Shown here piece by piece: positions 63,624-64,000 of a stretch of 64,000 nucleotides of DNA. This DNA is from an uncultured Bacteroidota bacterium. GTDB lineage: Bacteria > Bacteroidota > Ignavibacteria > UBA10030 > UBA6906. Positions within the stretch are counted from its first letter, which is position 1, and the number at the start of each line of letters is the position of its first letter. Made by a program: the position numbers and the translations under genes. The notes under the pieces are model-generated. The model was not told where the DNA came from and ran no database searches. It saw only the letters and a program-made list of their open reading frames with translations. Location of the stretch: the NCBI GenBank assembly GCA_963779225.1, contig CAVZWW010000001.1, positions 542,921-606,920 on the forward strand. The letters run 5' to 3'.

Positions 63624-64000
63624 ATGAGGACCCTTGTTTTTGCATTGCTTTTCCTGGCGTATTGCGCATCTGGTGTGGCGCAGGACGTTTCTGTGGTGCA
63701 GGATAATTTGGGGAACAGTGCCCCAGTCTACTATTTCCATCAACGGAAGGTGGCCCGGACACCCGGTGGACTTCTACTGGCGACCTGGACTGACAAGAAT
63801 GCCACGGGAGGGCAGGTGGTGTATGCAACATATGATGATGCATTCCAGTCCTGGTCACCTGCAACAGCGATGTCCAATGCAGCGGATCGTGCCCTCCAAT
63901 CAGCGCTGGCGGCCGACGAATCGGGCAACATCCACGCTGTCTGGATTCAACGAGCCGCATCCAGTGCCCGATACCAGGTGTTCTATGCGAAATTCAACGG
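63624..64000 (+). CDS. Secreted protein, 5' partial (runs off the window end)
   Basis: RBS aaggag 8 nt upstream of ATG; signal peptide MRTLVFALLFLAYCASGVAQ; open to position 64000. Confidence 0.4.
   Translation, partial: MRTLVFALLFLAYCASGVAQDVSVVQDNLGNSAPVYYFHQRKVARTPGGLLLATWTDKNATGGQVVYATYDDAFQSWSPATAMSNAADRALQSALAADESGNIHAVWIQRAASSARYQVFYAKFN

Noticed and set aside
1-64000. Search for CRISPR arrays, tRNA/rRNA genes, transposases, integrases and phage genes
   Set aside because: No regularly spaced identical repeats, no cloverleaf-like T-loop (GGTTCGAATCC-type) in the few ORF-free gaps, and no DDE, Tyr or Ser recombinase motifs in any ORF, so none are reported.

Overview
GC-rich bacterial chromosomal segment with no rRNA, tRNA, CRISPR array, transposase or integrase recognisable, so it reads as core/accessory metabolic DNA rather than a mobile island. 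Type IX secretion C-terminal sorting domains (…NYPNPFNPxTxIxF…GVYFYRL-like tails) on four or more secreted proteins, a PorV/PorQ-family barrel and a carboxypeptidase-regulatory-domain TonB-dependent receptor place it in the FCB superphylum (Bacteroidota/Rhodothermota/Ignavibacteriota-like); no finer taxon can be called from sequence alone. Genes are tightly packed with many ATGA/GTGA start-stop overlaps. Long antisense ORFs are GC artefacts. Content, left to right: a NapH-like polyferredoxin and a SAM methyltransferase; an RNA-repair operon (archease, a 330-bp repeat-filled spacer, RtcB, an AlaX-like tRNA-editing-domain protein); a CDF transporter with triplicated C-terminal domains; a four-gene monoheme c-type cytochrome cluster whose centre is a Cyc2-like fused cytochrome-porin; AddAB helicase-nuclease; a LacI regulator preceded by a perfect sigma70 promoter and two palindromic operators; a roughly 24-kb unidirectional glycan-utilisation operon (T9SS carbohydrate-binding protein, TonB receptor without SusD, T9SS cargo, PorV/Q-like, GH94 phosphorylase, two paralogous six-hairpin glycosidase-like proteins, a large GH-like protein, GH2, ABC sugar importer); a GT39/ArnT-like glycosyltransferase; a stand-alone TrpB2 preceded by a textbook ribosome-mediated Trp attenuator (leader peptide with WWW); a transglutaminase-like lipoprotein; a second polyferredoxin operon with two divergent TAT-signal DUF362 paralogs; a sigma54 NtrC-type two-component pair; an unusual cNMP-binding-domain::aspartase fusion; and a peptidase cluster (M14, Ntn-hydrolase, large M14) ending in T9SS cargo genes. 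The best candidates for an undescribed system are the Cyc2-like extracellular electron-transfer cytochrome module, the RtcB-archease-AlaX repair operon with its repeat RNA-like spacer, the TAT-DUF362/polyferredoxin redox module, and the cNMP-regulated aspartase.
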